From contig JAANOX010000154.1 in NCBI GenBank assembly GCA_020184695.1, positions 1 to 32,944 of the forward strand: a DNA stretch of 32,944 bases. Direction: 5' to 3'. Origin of the DNA: Histomonas meleagridis 2922-C6/04-290x (lineage: Eukaryota > Protista > Parabasalia). Made by a program: the position numbers and the translations under genes. This document shows, in pieces, positions 10,316 to 21,651 of this stretch (positions are counted from its first letter, which is position 1; every line of letters starts with the position of its first letter). The notes under the pieces are model-generated. The model searched no databases. It saw only the letters and a program-made list of their open reading frames with translations, and had not been told where the DNA came from.

Positions 10316-11656
10316 ATGTCTGATACAATCAACTTTCTAGAGCGCGTTAACTCTGAGTTTGAACGCAGCTTTGCTATTGCATCAGAGATTGCGAATGAAA
10401 TGGGGTGTTATGATGAAAGCCTTAAAGGCGCCAAACGTGTTTTTAATTATAATCCAAACTCAGAATTTATCCTAGATTTATTTCCACAATTTGCACCAAT
10501 AATAGAAGGAATTACAAAGTTAGTTGGCGAATACGGAAATAAACTTAAAGAAGATTCGAAAAACCCTGATATCTGGACAACTTTAGGATGCTGTTATTTG
10601 ACCCTTGGTGATTTTCCCAACGCCTTTGCACTTTACTCACATGCAAAGCGTGTTTTACCAGATCAAACAGATCCTAATTTTTGGTATGCAATGGGTATAG
10701 TTTATGGACATTACAAATACATAGATCATTCCCGTGATGCCTTTGTCAAAGTCATTCAAACCTCTCCTGGTTTTGTTTACATTAACGACATTAATTTTCG
10801 ACTCGGAATATTATATCGTTCAAAAGGTCAATATGACCATTCCATAGTTTATTTTCAGAAAGCCATTCAATATTCACCCAATGGCCTTACAGCCCAAGAT
10901 GTTCTTATGCAAATAGCATATACACATCAACTCAATCGAAATCCTACACAAGCCCAAGAAATCTATCAGAGCATCAATGCTGAGTATCCTAACAGTCAAC
11001 CATTTCTTCAGCAGTATTGTTTGTTTCTATTTTTGCAATCTAATGGCACAGATTTTAGTCAACTTTATCCATATCTTAGTCATGCTCTTTCATTATATCC
11101 CAATGACATTACTCTTTTACTTATTGCTGCTCGTATAGCTATGCGATGTGATGACATTGCAACGGCATATGAACATTTTAAGTATTGCATTGACTTTTGT
11201 AACGACTCATCATCATTTTGGTGCGGATTAGGCGTTTTATATTATCGGAATGATCAAATTGATGATGCGAGTGTAGCGTTCCAAAAGGCGATTAATATAA
11301 ATAATGGATCGATTGAAGGAATGCTAAACTTTGGACTGACATATGAGCGAAGAGGCGATTTCGCAACCGCACAGAAGATTTATAGTATGGGACAACAACA
11401 GTTCCCTGATAAGACTGTCTTCAATGAAAGAATTAACACATTAATGGCATTCCAAAGACCGGGAAACAGAAAACAACAAATGTGTCATCAGTTGGTAGAT
11501 ATTGATGATTCAAAGTTTATACCTTCTGCTACAGAAATGTTTAGTAACGATTACTTGGCGGCTGTGCCAAAATTGCCGCTGGAATGCTTCGGAATTGGTG
11601 ATGAAGCCCAAAAATTCCATCAACTGTCAACATATCCAAAATCATTTTTTAAATAA
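10316..11656 (+). CDS. TPR-repeat protein, Ssn6/Cyc8-like
   Basis: Multiple TPR motifs (IWTTLGCCYLTLGDFPNAF, FWYAMGIVY, FRLGILY, FWCGLGVLYY..QIDDA..AF) resembling the Ssn6/UTX TPR array. Confidence 0.8.
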   Translation: MSDTINFLERVNSEFERSFAIASEIANEMGCYDESLKGAKRVFNYNPNSEFILDLFPQFAPIIEGITKLVGEYGNKLKEDSKNPDIWTTLGCCYLTLGDFPNAFALYSHAKRVLPDQTDPNFWYAMGIVYGHYKYIDHSRDAFVKVIQTSPGFVYINDINFRLGILYRSKGQYDHSIVYFQKAIQYSPNGLTAQDVLMQIAYTHQLNRNPTQAQEIYQSINAEYPNSQPFLQQYCLFLFLQSNGTDFSQLYPYLSHALSLYPNDITLLLIAARIAMRCDDIATAYEHFKYCIDFCNDSSSFWCGLGVLYYRNDQIDDASVAFQKAININNGSIEGMLNFGLTYERRGDFATAQKIYSMGQQQFPDKTVFNERINTLMAFQRPGNRKQQMCHQLVDIDDSKFIPSATEMFSNDYLAAVPKLPLECFGIGDEAQKFHQLSTYPKSFFK

Positions 11657-12107
11657 ATATCAATTTTTTGACTAAATTTAACATAGCATGAACTCATAGA
11701 GAAAACTGAAAATATAATTAACAGAGATGCAAACGAAATGTTGAAGCAAATGCATTTTAGCTTTTATTTGATTTGCCAAGATAATATCTTTTCTAGTTAT
11801 CTATGTATTTGTTTATATTATACCAATATAAATGTAATGTTAAAAAAATTTTATAACATTTTTTGCATATACCAAATTTCATAAATTGCAAAATGTTTTG
11901 CTCAAATGTTTTCAATTATAATGAAAACAGGTTATAACATACACGACCTTGAAGAAAGCCATTATAATTTTTGATGTTACCAGGAAACTGTTACCACAGA
12001 AAAAAGATATCGTCACTCTGAAACTCCCAACGATTGGTTGTAGAACAGAATTTAATCCGCCGATAGCAGTTCTGACATGACGGTTATGTCTGACACTTTT
12101 TTGTTCG

Positions 12108-13511
12108 ATGACTGCTCCTGCAGGAACCCTTATGCTTTCTATTTCCGGTATCCGTGGTATTGTCGGCGATTCCCTTACACCAGAAATTGTTACTCGCTAT
12201 GTCGCTTCTTTTGCTGAATTACAGTTAACCAAGAATAAAGGAAAATTATTCATCCTTGGCTACGACACACGCCCTGCCGTAGAATGGATCAAACACATTG
12301 TTATGGGAACTCTTCTTGCCTATGGCGTCGATGTTCTTGATATTGGCGTTGTTCCAACTCCAACTGTTCAATTAATTGTTCAAGATAGGAACGCAGCAGG
12401 TGGAATCATCGTTACAGCATCACACAACCCTCAAATGTGGTGCGGTCTTAAGTTTGTTGAGTATACAGGAATCTTTTTAGATCAAAAAGGATGTGATAAT
12501 TTATTCTCAGAAAAGCAAATCAAATATGCTCCCCACGATGGCCTTGGAAAGCTTTCTCAATGGGATGGAGCCATTCAGTTCCATATCGACAAGATATCCA
12601 AACTTCCATATATCAATGTAGATAAGATTCGATCCCAGAAATTCAAGGTTGCTGTTGATACGATCAATGGTGCAGGATCACTTGCCATTCCTCAAATCCT
12701 CAAATTCTTTGGATGCGAAATAACTGAATTAAATACAGAACCAACAGGAATCTTTGCTCATACACCAGAGCCAATTCCAGAAAACTTGATGCAACTCCGC
12801 GAAGCCTCTAAAGGCCTTGACATTGGGATTGCTGTTGATCCAGATTCTGATCGATGTGTTTTAATTGATGAAAAAGGTGATCCTTTAGTTGAAGAATACA
12901 CATTGGCATTAGCTGTTCACCTTCTTTTATCCAAATTTGGTGTCAAAGCACCAGTTTGTCGTAATACTTCAACATCTCGAGCAATTGATGACATCTGTAC
13001 AATGAATGGAGTCGACTGCTATGGTACAGCCATTGGTGAGGTTAATGTTGCCGTAAAGATGCTTGAAGTAAAATCAATAATTGGTGGTGAAGGAAATGGT
13101 GGCGTTATGCTTGAGCCAATCCACATTGGAAGAGATGCTCTTGTAGCTGTTGCTCTTGTTCTTCAGTTGTTTGCCATGGAACGTGAATCTAATCCCAATA
13201 TAAAGATTTCAGAGGTTAAAGGCGCTTTACCTCAATGGAGAATATCAAAGATGAAGATAGAACTTGACCCAAGGTGTCCAATTTCTAAAATAATTGAGCA
13301 ATGGAAGGAAAACATCAAAAAACAATACGGGGAGACCGTTAAATTAAATGAAGTCGACGGTTTAAGGGTGGACCATAAGGACTGGTGGGTCCACGTAAGG
13401 AAATCAAACACTGAACCTGTCGTAAGAGTCATTGGTGAAGGACATACACAAGGAGAGGCTGATATGGTCTGTAAGAAAGTATATGATGAGTTCCAGCAAT
13501 TAATGAAGTAA
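12108..13511 (+). CDS. Alpha-D-phosphohexomutase (phosphomannomutase/phosphoglucomutase/GlmM family)
   Basis: Catalytic TASHNP, metal-binding DPDSDR, sugar-binding GEGNGG, and C-terminal RKSNTEP..RV.GE motifs. Confidence 0.93.
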   Translation: MTAPAGTLMLSISGIRGIVGDSLTPEIVTRYVASFAELQLTKNKGKLFILGYDTRPAVEWIKHIVMGTLLAYGVDVLDIGVVPTPTVQLIVQDRNAAGGIIVTASHNPQMWCGLKFVEYTGIFLDQKGCDNLFSEKQIKYAPHDGLGKLSQWDGAIQFHIDKISKLPYINVDKIRSQKFKVAVDTINGAGSLAIPQILKFFGCEITELNTEPTGIFAHTPEPIPENLMQLREASKGLDIGIAVDPDSDRCVLIDEKGDPLVEEYTLALAVHLLLSKFGVKAPVCRNTSTSRAIDDICTMNGVDCYGTAIGEVNVAVKMLEVKSIIGGEGNGGVMLEPIHIGRDALVAVALVLQLFAMERESNPNIKISEVKGALPQWRISKMKIELDPRCPISKIIEQWKENIKKQYGETVKLNEVDGLRVDHKDWWVHVRKSNTEPVVRVIGEGHTQGEADMVCKKVYDEFQQLMK

Positions 13512-14162
13512 AAAGTCTTTAAAATTTTTTTGATTGAAATGTTCACACTTTGATTTGATTTATATTCGCAATGGCAATTGTAATTATAAGTCTCTCACAA
13601 TGACTCTTGTTAAGTGGTGTTTGATCTCAATTTTTAATCCATCCATGATAATTTTGCTTTGATGAGCATTATTTTTAACCAAAATAATAAATGTTTACCA
13701 GATAAAAACATTTAATTTTTATCATACTCGTTTAAAATGGCGGTGTTATCCTATGATTGCTGTATCAATTTTATTAAAATTACTATTTGTCGAATGAATA
13801 ATCTTATAATGTTATTGAAACATTCATTTCTTTCATTCCATATGCATGTTTTAACTGTATTTAGTATAAAATATCAAGCTTATTTAACCTTCAGGCACGA
13901 CATACTTGACAATAATACAGCCATTATTGTAAAAATGTAATATCCATTTATTGAATTAATAATAATTGATTCATATACAATGCCAAAATGATGAACTTTT
14001 TCCAATTTCATGTATATGAAAACGATCATCAAACATCTCTTTTATTGAATGTTCATGTAGTGTAGTTAAACAAATTTTTGCACAATCATCTTTTGAGCAC
14101 ATATTTATAAATATCATTTAATTGATATGAAATGACAAAGAAAATAAAAAGAAAATTCAATT

Positions 14163-15890
14163 TTATTTCATTTGCTCATTATTTTCAATTACACGAACAT
14201 TAACATTTGCATCCCAAATCATTACTTTGTTCTTGTCAACCAGGAACAGCGGCACTTGAACTGTTCCGATTTTATTTGGACAAAACGTAACATTTACATT
14301 TTGTGTTTCTCCTTCTTTCAAATTTAACTCGACATTATGTTCGCCAACAATGGAAAACCCATTACTTTCTGAAAGTATTAAATCCGCATCAATTGAATTT
14401 AAGCATTCAATTTTTAGTGTAATTTGACTTTGTTTGTTCGCTTCGACTTCCTCAGGTGCTACGATAGAGACATTGACAAACTTTGTTTCGATTTTGATTT
14501 GAGGCATTTCGAATGAATACTTCAGTGGTTCATCATAGCCTTCAACTTCATATGTGATCTCATAGCGACCTAGAGGCCCATCTACTGCAGTATCTGTTAG
14601 TTCGATAAAGATAGCGGTAGTAAAAGCTTCGCTTGAAAGGATATTAAGAGGTAAATCAAAGTCAACTGGATCAAGTGAAACACCTTCTGACGGCAGTGCT
14701 TTGAGATCAGTTATTGTGGAAGAACTAGGAAGGTTATATTCAAATGTGATAACTAAAATAAATTTATGATTTCGAGATAAAGTAGGTTGTGTTTTAAGAG
14801 AAATTGGATACCTATCTTCACCGAATAATTTAAAACTAATAAAGAAAGGAATCCAAAAAATAATGTTAATCGTTTCATTAAACTCTGAGGTTACAGAATC
14901 AGCTTCAATTGACCAATTAAGCCTTACAGAAGTTTCCTGTTTTTTATTTGATCTTGCCCTGAAAATATGTTCAATTGAAGAATCGGGTTCTTTGATTTCA
15001 ATTTTCGGCGGTTCAATAAAAGTGACAGTTCTATCGGCTTCAACTGACAAAATTAATGAACTTGCAGATTTCGGGATACCGCTTATTAAAAGCTTGATAG
15101 GATAATCTGCATTTACGACGCCGAAGTCTGGCTTTACAATGTGAAGATCACATTCGGAATCATATGGAAGAATAGTGGATTCTGGAAATCCAATAAGATA
15201 GAATTTGGTTAATTCAATAGTAATTTGGCCAATAATAAAAGAAATTGATTTTATAGTCATTTTCCCTGGTTTTCGAATCGTAATTGGAATTTTTGCAATA
15301 AAATTGGTTTCAGAGTTTGTAAAATTAATTTCATTTCCGAGAGAAAGCCTTTGAATACCGCACTGAGAGTGTTCAGCTAGAACAGTGAAGTCTTTTATTT
15401 GGCAATTGCAATTGAGATTGGAAAATACTTTAAGAAGAATAGAAGAGTCTTTACTTGGTGGGAAGGTTGGACTCTCAAATCCAAGTTTAAAATCGAAGGG
15501 AACTCCAGAATCTTCTGTAATTTCAAGTTTGATTTCGCAATTTAAATTTGAAAGTTGTTGTATGAAATTTTCTTCTATTTTAGATGTGATATACCTCCTG
15601 TAAAGTGGAGAAATACATTTAAGTGTATATTTTATACATTTTTCTGTATTTCCTATTTCTTTATAAAGTAAAATCAAAATTTCGGATATAGCTGCTGCAA
15701 GCGGATGGAAGTTTCCTAAAGCATATGATTCTTTGTATTTTTCAAGTGTATCAATTGCAGATTCGATGGAATCAACATTTAATTCTGTTTTAACAAAATC
15801 AGCTGAAAATTTATCACCACCTTCATTGTATGTTGTGAGGATTTTGTTTAGAATAAACCCAAAATTATTCAGTTGTCCATCATTTTGCAT
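14163..15890 (-). CDS. TRAPPC11/Gryzun-like trafficking protein (tentative)
   Basis: Long ORF with a helical N-terminal part followed by beta-sandwich-like repeats. The ORF track starts at TTG 15938; the first ATG is 15890, preceded by TCA elements. The family call is by resemblance only. Confidence 0.5.
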   Translation of the reverse strand: MQNDGQLNNFGFILNKILTTYNEGGDKFSADFVKTELNVDSIESAIDTLEKYKESYALGNFHPLAAAISEILILLYKEIGNTEKCIKYTLKCISPLYRRYITSKIEENFIQQLSNLNCEIKLEITEDSGVPFDFKLGFESPTFPPSKDSSILLKVFSNLNCNCQIKDFTVLAEHSQCGIQRLSLGNEINFTNSETNFIAKIPITIRKPGKMTIKSISFIIGQITIELTKFYLIGFPESTILPYDSECDLHIVKPDFGVVNADYPIKLLISGIPKSASSLILSVEADRTVTFIEPPKIEIKEPDSSIEHIFRARSNKKQETSVRLNWSIEADSVTSEFNETINIIFWIPFFISFKLFGEDRYPISLKTQPTLSRNHKFILVITFEYNLPSSSTITDLKALPSEGVSLDPVDFDLPLNILSSEAFTTAIFIELTDTAVDGPLGRYEITYEVEGYDEPLKYSFEMPQIKIETKFVNVSIVAPEEVEANKQSQITLKIECLNSIDADLILSESNGFSIVGEHNVELNLKEGETQNVNVTFCPNKIGTVQVPLFLVDKNKVMIWDANVNVRVIENNEQMK

Positions 15891-17532
15891 TTTGCTTTCT
15901 GTTGAAATCTGAAATGTTATGTGAAAAGTTGTTCCCAATTAAAAAAAAATGAAAGAATACTCTTGAATGTTGGAAAAATACAAACAAAGTGTTTGACTGT
16001 GTATTTGGTGGAAATTATCAAGATAAAAAAATATTCAATATATAACTTTTATATATTTTATTGATTGAAATAGAGTCAATGATTTTTTTTTTGATAGATT
16101 ATTTATATATATTATATTTATTATTAATATATTTGGTCAACTTGTGTTGTAATTTATCCTATATTTTCCACACACAAGATAAATATATTTTTATTTCATT
16201 CATTTACAGTTTTTTTCTGTCGTTATTTGGTCTCTGATTACCCCAAAAGTGACTTTATTCTCCTTTTTCGATCGTGTTTAAGGGAACAACAATCACTCCT
16301 ATCATTCACAATCGTTACCATTAATTATTTTATCTGTTGTGGACATAAGAACTTATATTTTCTAAGATATTCATCCATATTATATTAAATTTTTAAGAGT
16401 ATGAGTGAATTACATATTCAAAATATAATATGTTAACTTTTAATCTTATACTCAATTTTTTCTAACATATAAATAATATTCCTACTCATGCGGGTTTTCA
16501 GAAATCAAACGAAACATTAATTTTATTATGTTCAGAAGCAAAAAAGTCACTTTTATATGAAACTTTTTGTGATCACACATGTGTTGACAATATTTGGGGT
16601 ATGATGAATGGTGCACTACTGTAAGAACTGTTGTAAGGTTGACCAAAAGTCGATAATATGTAACAGCTGTTTAGCCGATATTGCAAACTTTGCAGATTTG
16701 GAGTTTTAATAAATATTCTGAATTATGAATTTTGTTGAAAACATTCTTTAAAATGAAAAATTTTAATTTATCAAATTGCAATTTCATATGAAATCAGTTA
16801 TTATTAATTTTTTGTTTGCTTAAAATAATTATTAAATATTGTAAAATGTGTTTCATTAAATCTTTGATTTCCATGAAAATGAATTTCAAATGGCATTTTA
16901 CTAAAATAGATGCATGGAATGAAATCGACAACAATAACTTTACTTCTTGTACTAATTAGCACCTTGTTTTATTTTATCTTCTTTTTTGAGTGATGTGAGA
17001 ACTTCTTCCAATTTAACATTTCCTTTTTCCAAATTGTAATTGTCTTCTTCAACTTGATCAAGTTTAATTCTGATATCAACAATTTTTTTTGTATATTTTA
17101 AACAATTTCTTCGAATTGATCAAGTGTTTCGTCATGCAATAAAAATTTATGGTTCTTATTTCTTTTTGATTCTTGAAATTTTTTTTGATTTAATTTTGGT
17201 ATTTGTGAAAATATTTTCTTTTGTTTATTTTGTCTTGTAGAATTTTGTTCAGTATTTTCGTAATTAGTTCGGAATGTTTAATCTTTTGTATAAAAGGAAA
17301 TATTGATGCTTCGGTGTCTGTGTGTAATTTATTATAAATCTATCATAAAACTAGATAAAGAATAATTTTGTTTCGTGAGCTGAAATATAACATTTAATTT
17401 TATCTCAATATTTTATGAATTCCGTATATGAACATTCCGTTATAAAATAAGAGACATAATTTGAATATTTTAAGAATATATTTCGCTTTTATATTAATGT
17501 TTTATTGTTTTCATTAAATAATTATTGAATAT

Positions 17533-18877
17533 TTAACTGTGCTCACATTGTGATTTTCTTGATTTTTCTCGAATTAAATCCACTATTTCTGTGTAACCCT
17601 TTTTAGATGCTATCTTAAGAGCTGTTTCAAATAATTTAAATTATTTCCAAATATTATTTTGAAATTTTAAATAATTCAAATAAATATTAATTAAAACAAA
17701 TAAATATTTTTAGCTTCAATATCAATTCCTTCTTGTTCAAGAAGTAATTTAACTACTTCTATATGACCATATTCACATGCATACATAAGTGCTGTTTTAT
17801 ATATTTTTACAACATAAAAAAAAATATAAAAATAATTATCAAATAAAGTATATAAATAAGTTTAGCATTAATATCAATTCCCTTTTGTTCAAGAAGTAAT
17901 TTGACCATTTTTGTATCACCATTTTTAGATGCTTCCATAAGTGTTGTGCGAAATAATTTAAAGAAATTCCAAAAATTTTATTAAAACATCCAGTTATTGA
18001 AATAAATTCTAAATAAAACAAATAAATATTTTTAACATTAATATCAATTCCTTCTTGTTCAAGAAGTAATTTAATTGTTTCTATTTGACCATTTTCTGAT
18101 GCCCAAATAAGTGCTGTTCTAAATAATTCAAAGAAATTCCAAAAATTTTATTAAAACATCCAGTTATTGAAATAAATTTTAAATAAAGCAAATAAATATT
18201 TTTAACATTAATATCAATTCCCTTTTGTTTAAGAAGTAATTTAACTGTTTCTATTTGACCATAATAAGATGCATACATAAGTGCTGTATCAAATAATTTA
18301 AATAATTTCCAAATATTATTTTGAAATCCAAAATTATTAGGATAAATATCAAACAATACAAATAAATATTTTTAGCATTAATATCAATTCCTTCTTGTTC
18401 AAGAAGTAATTTGACTATATCTGTATGACCATATTTCGATGCCAATATAAGCGCTGTTTCAAATAATTTAAATAATTTCCAAATATTATTTTGAAAATTT
18501 AAATTATTAAAATAAATATTAAATAAAACAAATAAATATTTTTAACATTAATATCAATTCCTTCTTGTTCAAGAAGTAATTTAATTGTTTCTATTTGACC
18601 ATTTTCTGATGCCCAAATAAGTGCTGTATAAAATAATTTAAATAATTTCCAAATATTATTTTGAAATATTAATTTATTAAAATAAATTCGAAATAAAATA
18701 AATAAATATCTTTAGCATTAATATCAATTCCTTTTTGTTCAAGAAGTAATTGAACTGTTTCTGTTCTACCATATTTCGATGCCAATATAAGTGATGTTTC
18801 AAATATTTTAAATAACTTCCAAATATTATTTTGAAACATTAAATTATTAAAATAAATACCAAATAAAACAAATAAAT
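17533..18877 (-). repeat. Tandem array of (80-nt linker + 90-nt ankyrin module), 170-nt period
   Basis: Module start spacings are 170,170,170,170,170,152,170. Confidence 0.95.
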
Positions 18878-20123
18878 ATCTTTAGCATTAATATCAAATC
18901 CTTCTTGTTTAAACATATATTCAACAAGTTCAACATTTCCTGATCCAGATGAAAATACCAATATATCATGCGGAATTGAATGTTCTTTAAGAAAATATTC
19001 AACTAAAAAAATATTTCCAATATTTGCTGCTTCATTAATAATATCATCATTGATTTTCATTCCTTCTTTAAGTAAAAATGAAAATATTTCATAATTATGA
19101 TGTAAAATGCAAAGTTTTCCTAATTCTTCTAAATTATTAATTTCTTTTAATGTATTATCATAAAAATAATGAAAGATATCATTTCGATGGAATTGAATTG
19201 CTGTTTCATAAACACCTTCAAATGTTGAATTATTTTGGTCACATAAATGAATAATTTCTTTATTTTCACCTGCAATTGTATATTTGCCTGTGTTTTCTAC
19301 CTTTTGCACCATTCATAAGTAAATATTTGAAACATTTAACTGATCCAAAAAATGCTGCATAATCAATTAATGAAACATTTTTTTGATTAATAAATGAACA
19401 TTTTTCATAAAGTGATGGTTTAATTGTTTGTTTAAAATCAAAATTTGTTTGTGATGATATTTCTTGAAGTTTCTCTATTTCATCATTTCGAATTATTTTC
19501 CCAATTTTATTCGGGTTTACTCCTTCTCTAATTAATTGCTTATGTAATTCCCAATCATTCTTTGAAAGTTCTTCATATTGTTCGTTAATTTTATCGATGA
19601 ACCTATATTTTTCTTTTTTTAAAATATTCTTTTTGATTTCATATTTAAATTTTTGATTATATTTAATCATTTGTTGAATTTCTTCATTGGTCATATAATG
19701 TACAAAATATGAAATCTTTTTATGTTCCAACAGTACATTTTTTTGGATAAAATTATGTTCAACCATTTCATTGAGAAGAAAATATGCATCTTGTGTATGT
19801 CCATCAAAAAGCAGAAACTTAGTAAATATTTCAAATATTTTGTTTTTAATTTGTTTTGTTTCTTCAAATTGTTCAATTTCTTCTAAAAATTTAATATATA
19901 TATCAAAATCTTTCTGTCTTGCTATCAATACAGAAAATATTATTTGACTAATTATTAAATTAAAAGATAATGGATGCTCATCATCAAATTTTTTGATTAT
20001 GAAACTTGAAGATTCTGTGATATTTTCTCGATTCAATTCAAATATTATTTTGCTAATTAGTAGTAGTGTTTCCAATTTATCAGGAAATCCATCATTTTCA
20101 TTTCTTGAAAGCTCTTTTTCCAT
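17533..20123 (-). CDS. DUF3447-type ankyrin-repeat gene with linker-interrupted C-terminal ankyrin array (copy 1)
   Basis: Inr TCATT at 20136-20132 and ATG 20123. The N-terminal ORF contains the SLIDYAAFFGSVKCFKYLL..G signature. There is a +1 discontinuity at the A4 run (19302-19305), then 8 ankyrin modules starting at 18797, 18627, 18457, 18287, 18117, 17947, 17795 and 17625. The last reads TALKIASKKGYTEIVDLIREKSRKSQCEHS* (stop ends 17533). Whether it is expressed as one protein is unresolved. Confidence 0.7.
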
Positions 20124-21651
20124 CAGAAAGAAATGATTAAAAATTTGAATAAAAATGCACTTTTTGAAAATAATGCGACTTTTTGATATAAATAAACCGT
20201 CAGTGTGAAATGAGCGGTTAGAAACTTCCCTTACCTGAACGGTTTATATCGTATTTCCGATCGAAATCATTTACTGTTCTATGCAAAAATGAATCAAGAT
20301 TTACCACAAATATGTTTATTACAATATAGAGTTAATTTCATGAATGTATAAATCAATCCATAGAATATTAAGGAAAAGCAAATAATTATTATGTTCAATC
20401 ATTTCGACAAAATATAGAAGAAGCAAAAGAGACTCATGAAGTTTCAATAGAATTAATTATGATTAAATCATTATGAAATTAAAAATATAGCTAAAAAAAA
20501 AACATTAATCAAATCAACAAATTTTCTATCATTAAAAATAGGATACTTATGAAGGAACGTATGTAAAAAATGAAACACTACAGGAATTTGGAAAATATCT
20601 TGTTCCTTTATTGAGATATGTTAGTTAAAACTAAAAAATGTCATTAACGTACAACATGCCGATGATAATGAATGAAAACGCCATTTTCACGAGAATCTAG
20701 AACAGGCGAAAAAAAATTTGGCCCCACAGATTTCTTATCTAATTTAAATCGATAATCTACATACCATACATATCTATAGAATAGTAGCATAACGTTAATC
20801 AAAATTTATTATTCCATTATTTTCTATTGTTTATAAACCGATATAAATTATCTTGAAATATTATAGTTAATTAAAATCTTAGATAATAAAAACATCTTCA
20901 TCATTTTTTATATTTATTATATGTTCAAAATCATTTCTTTTAAATTTAAGCGCAATATATGTAGTCATCAAAAGTGTTTTCGAATTTACGATTAATAATA
21001 TATTGATTCAAATCATATAAAGATATCAACATACTTCTATAAATTTTTTTCATACTAATTTCCTTAAAAAATAAGTGAATATCTATCTATAGATATCCAT
21101 AAAAATCTCTATGTAAAATGAAAATCAATCATTAGTTAAATTACACATGTAATATTATATAATCTTTATAAAAGTTATTAATAAAAGAAAAAATGTGTTT
21201 ATTAAAAAAAATTGATTTTTCTTTAATTTTTCCCAAAAAAAGTTTGTTGCAATCACTGTTCTATGTATTATCTTAAAAGTGTCTCAAAAGCTATTTAAGG
21301 CTTGAGGATTTCCTTTTTATGTGTTAAATAACAAGAATACGTTTTTTCAAATCTGTGTGTCATCATGTGACAAATTCATTGTTTCGGTTATATCTCTGAA
21401 ATTTTTAGCTTTTTGAGAAACTAAATAAATTTTTGTAATGTGCTTCATCCATATTTTCATGTGTAACATGGAAATTCCAAAATTCCTTCTGGTTCTTCCT
21501 ATGACATATGTTTTAATATCCAATGGACTATACAGCAAACAAGTTTTTTCAAACTTAACATATTATCACATGCAGCAGTACACAAACAAAGGAGGCAAAT
21601 CACTTGCAAACATGATGTACTCAATAATTTCCAATATTATATTCATAAAAT

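Noticed and set aside
16246-16553. AAAGTGAC-type promoter motifs at ~16246 (plus) and ~16545 (minus)
   Set aside because: No supported gene or RNA lies downstream of either.
16600-16722. Possible C/D box snoRNA (ATGATGA ... CTGA)
   Set aside because: No terminal stem and no evident rRNA-complementary guide; such boxes arise by chance in AT-rich DNA.
16952-17277. Coiled-coil-like minus-strand fragment (..LDQFEEIV / LKYTKKIVDIRIKLDQVEED..)
   Set aside because: No ATG, and it needs a frameshift near 17100; at best an unidentifiable gene remnant.
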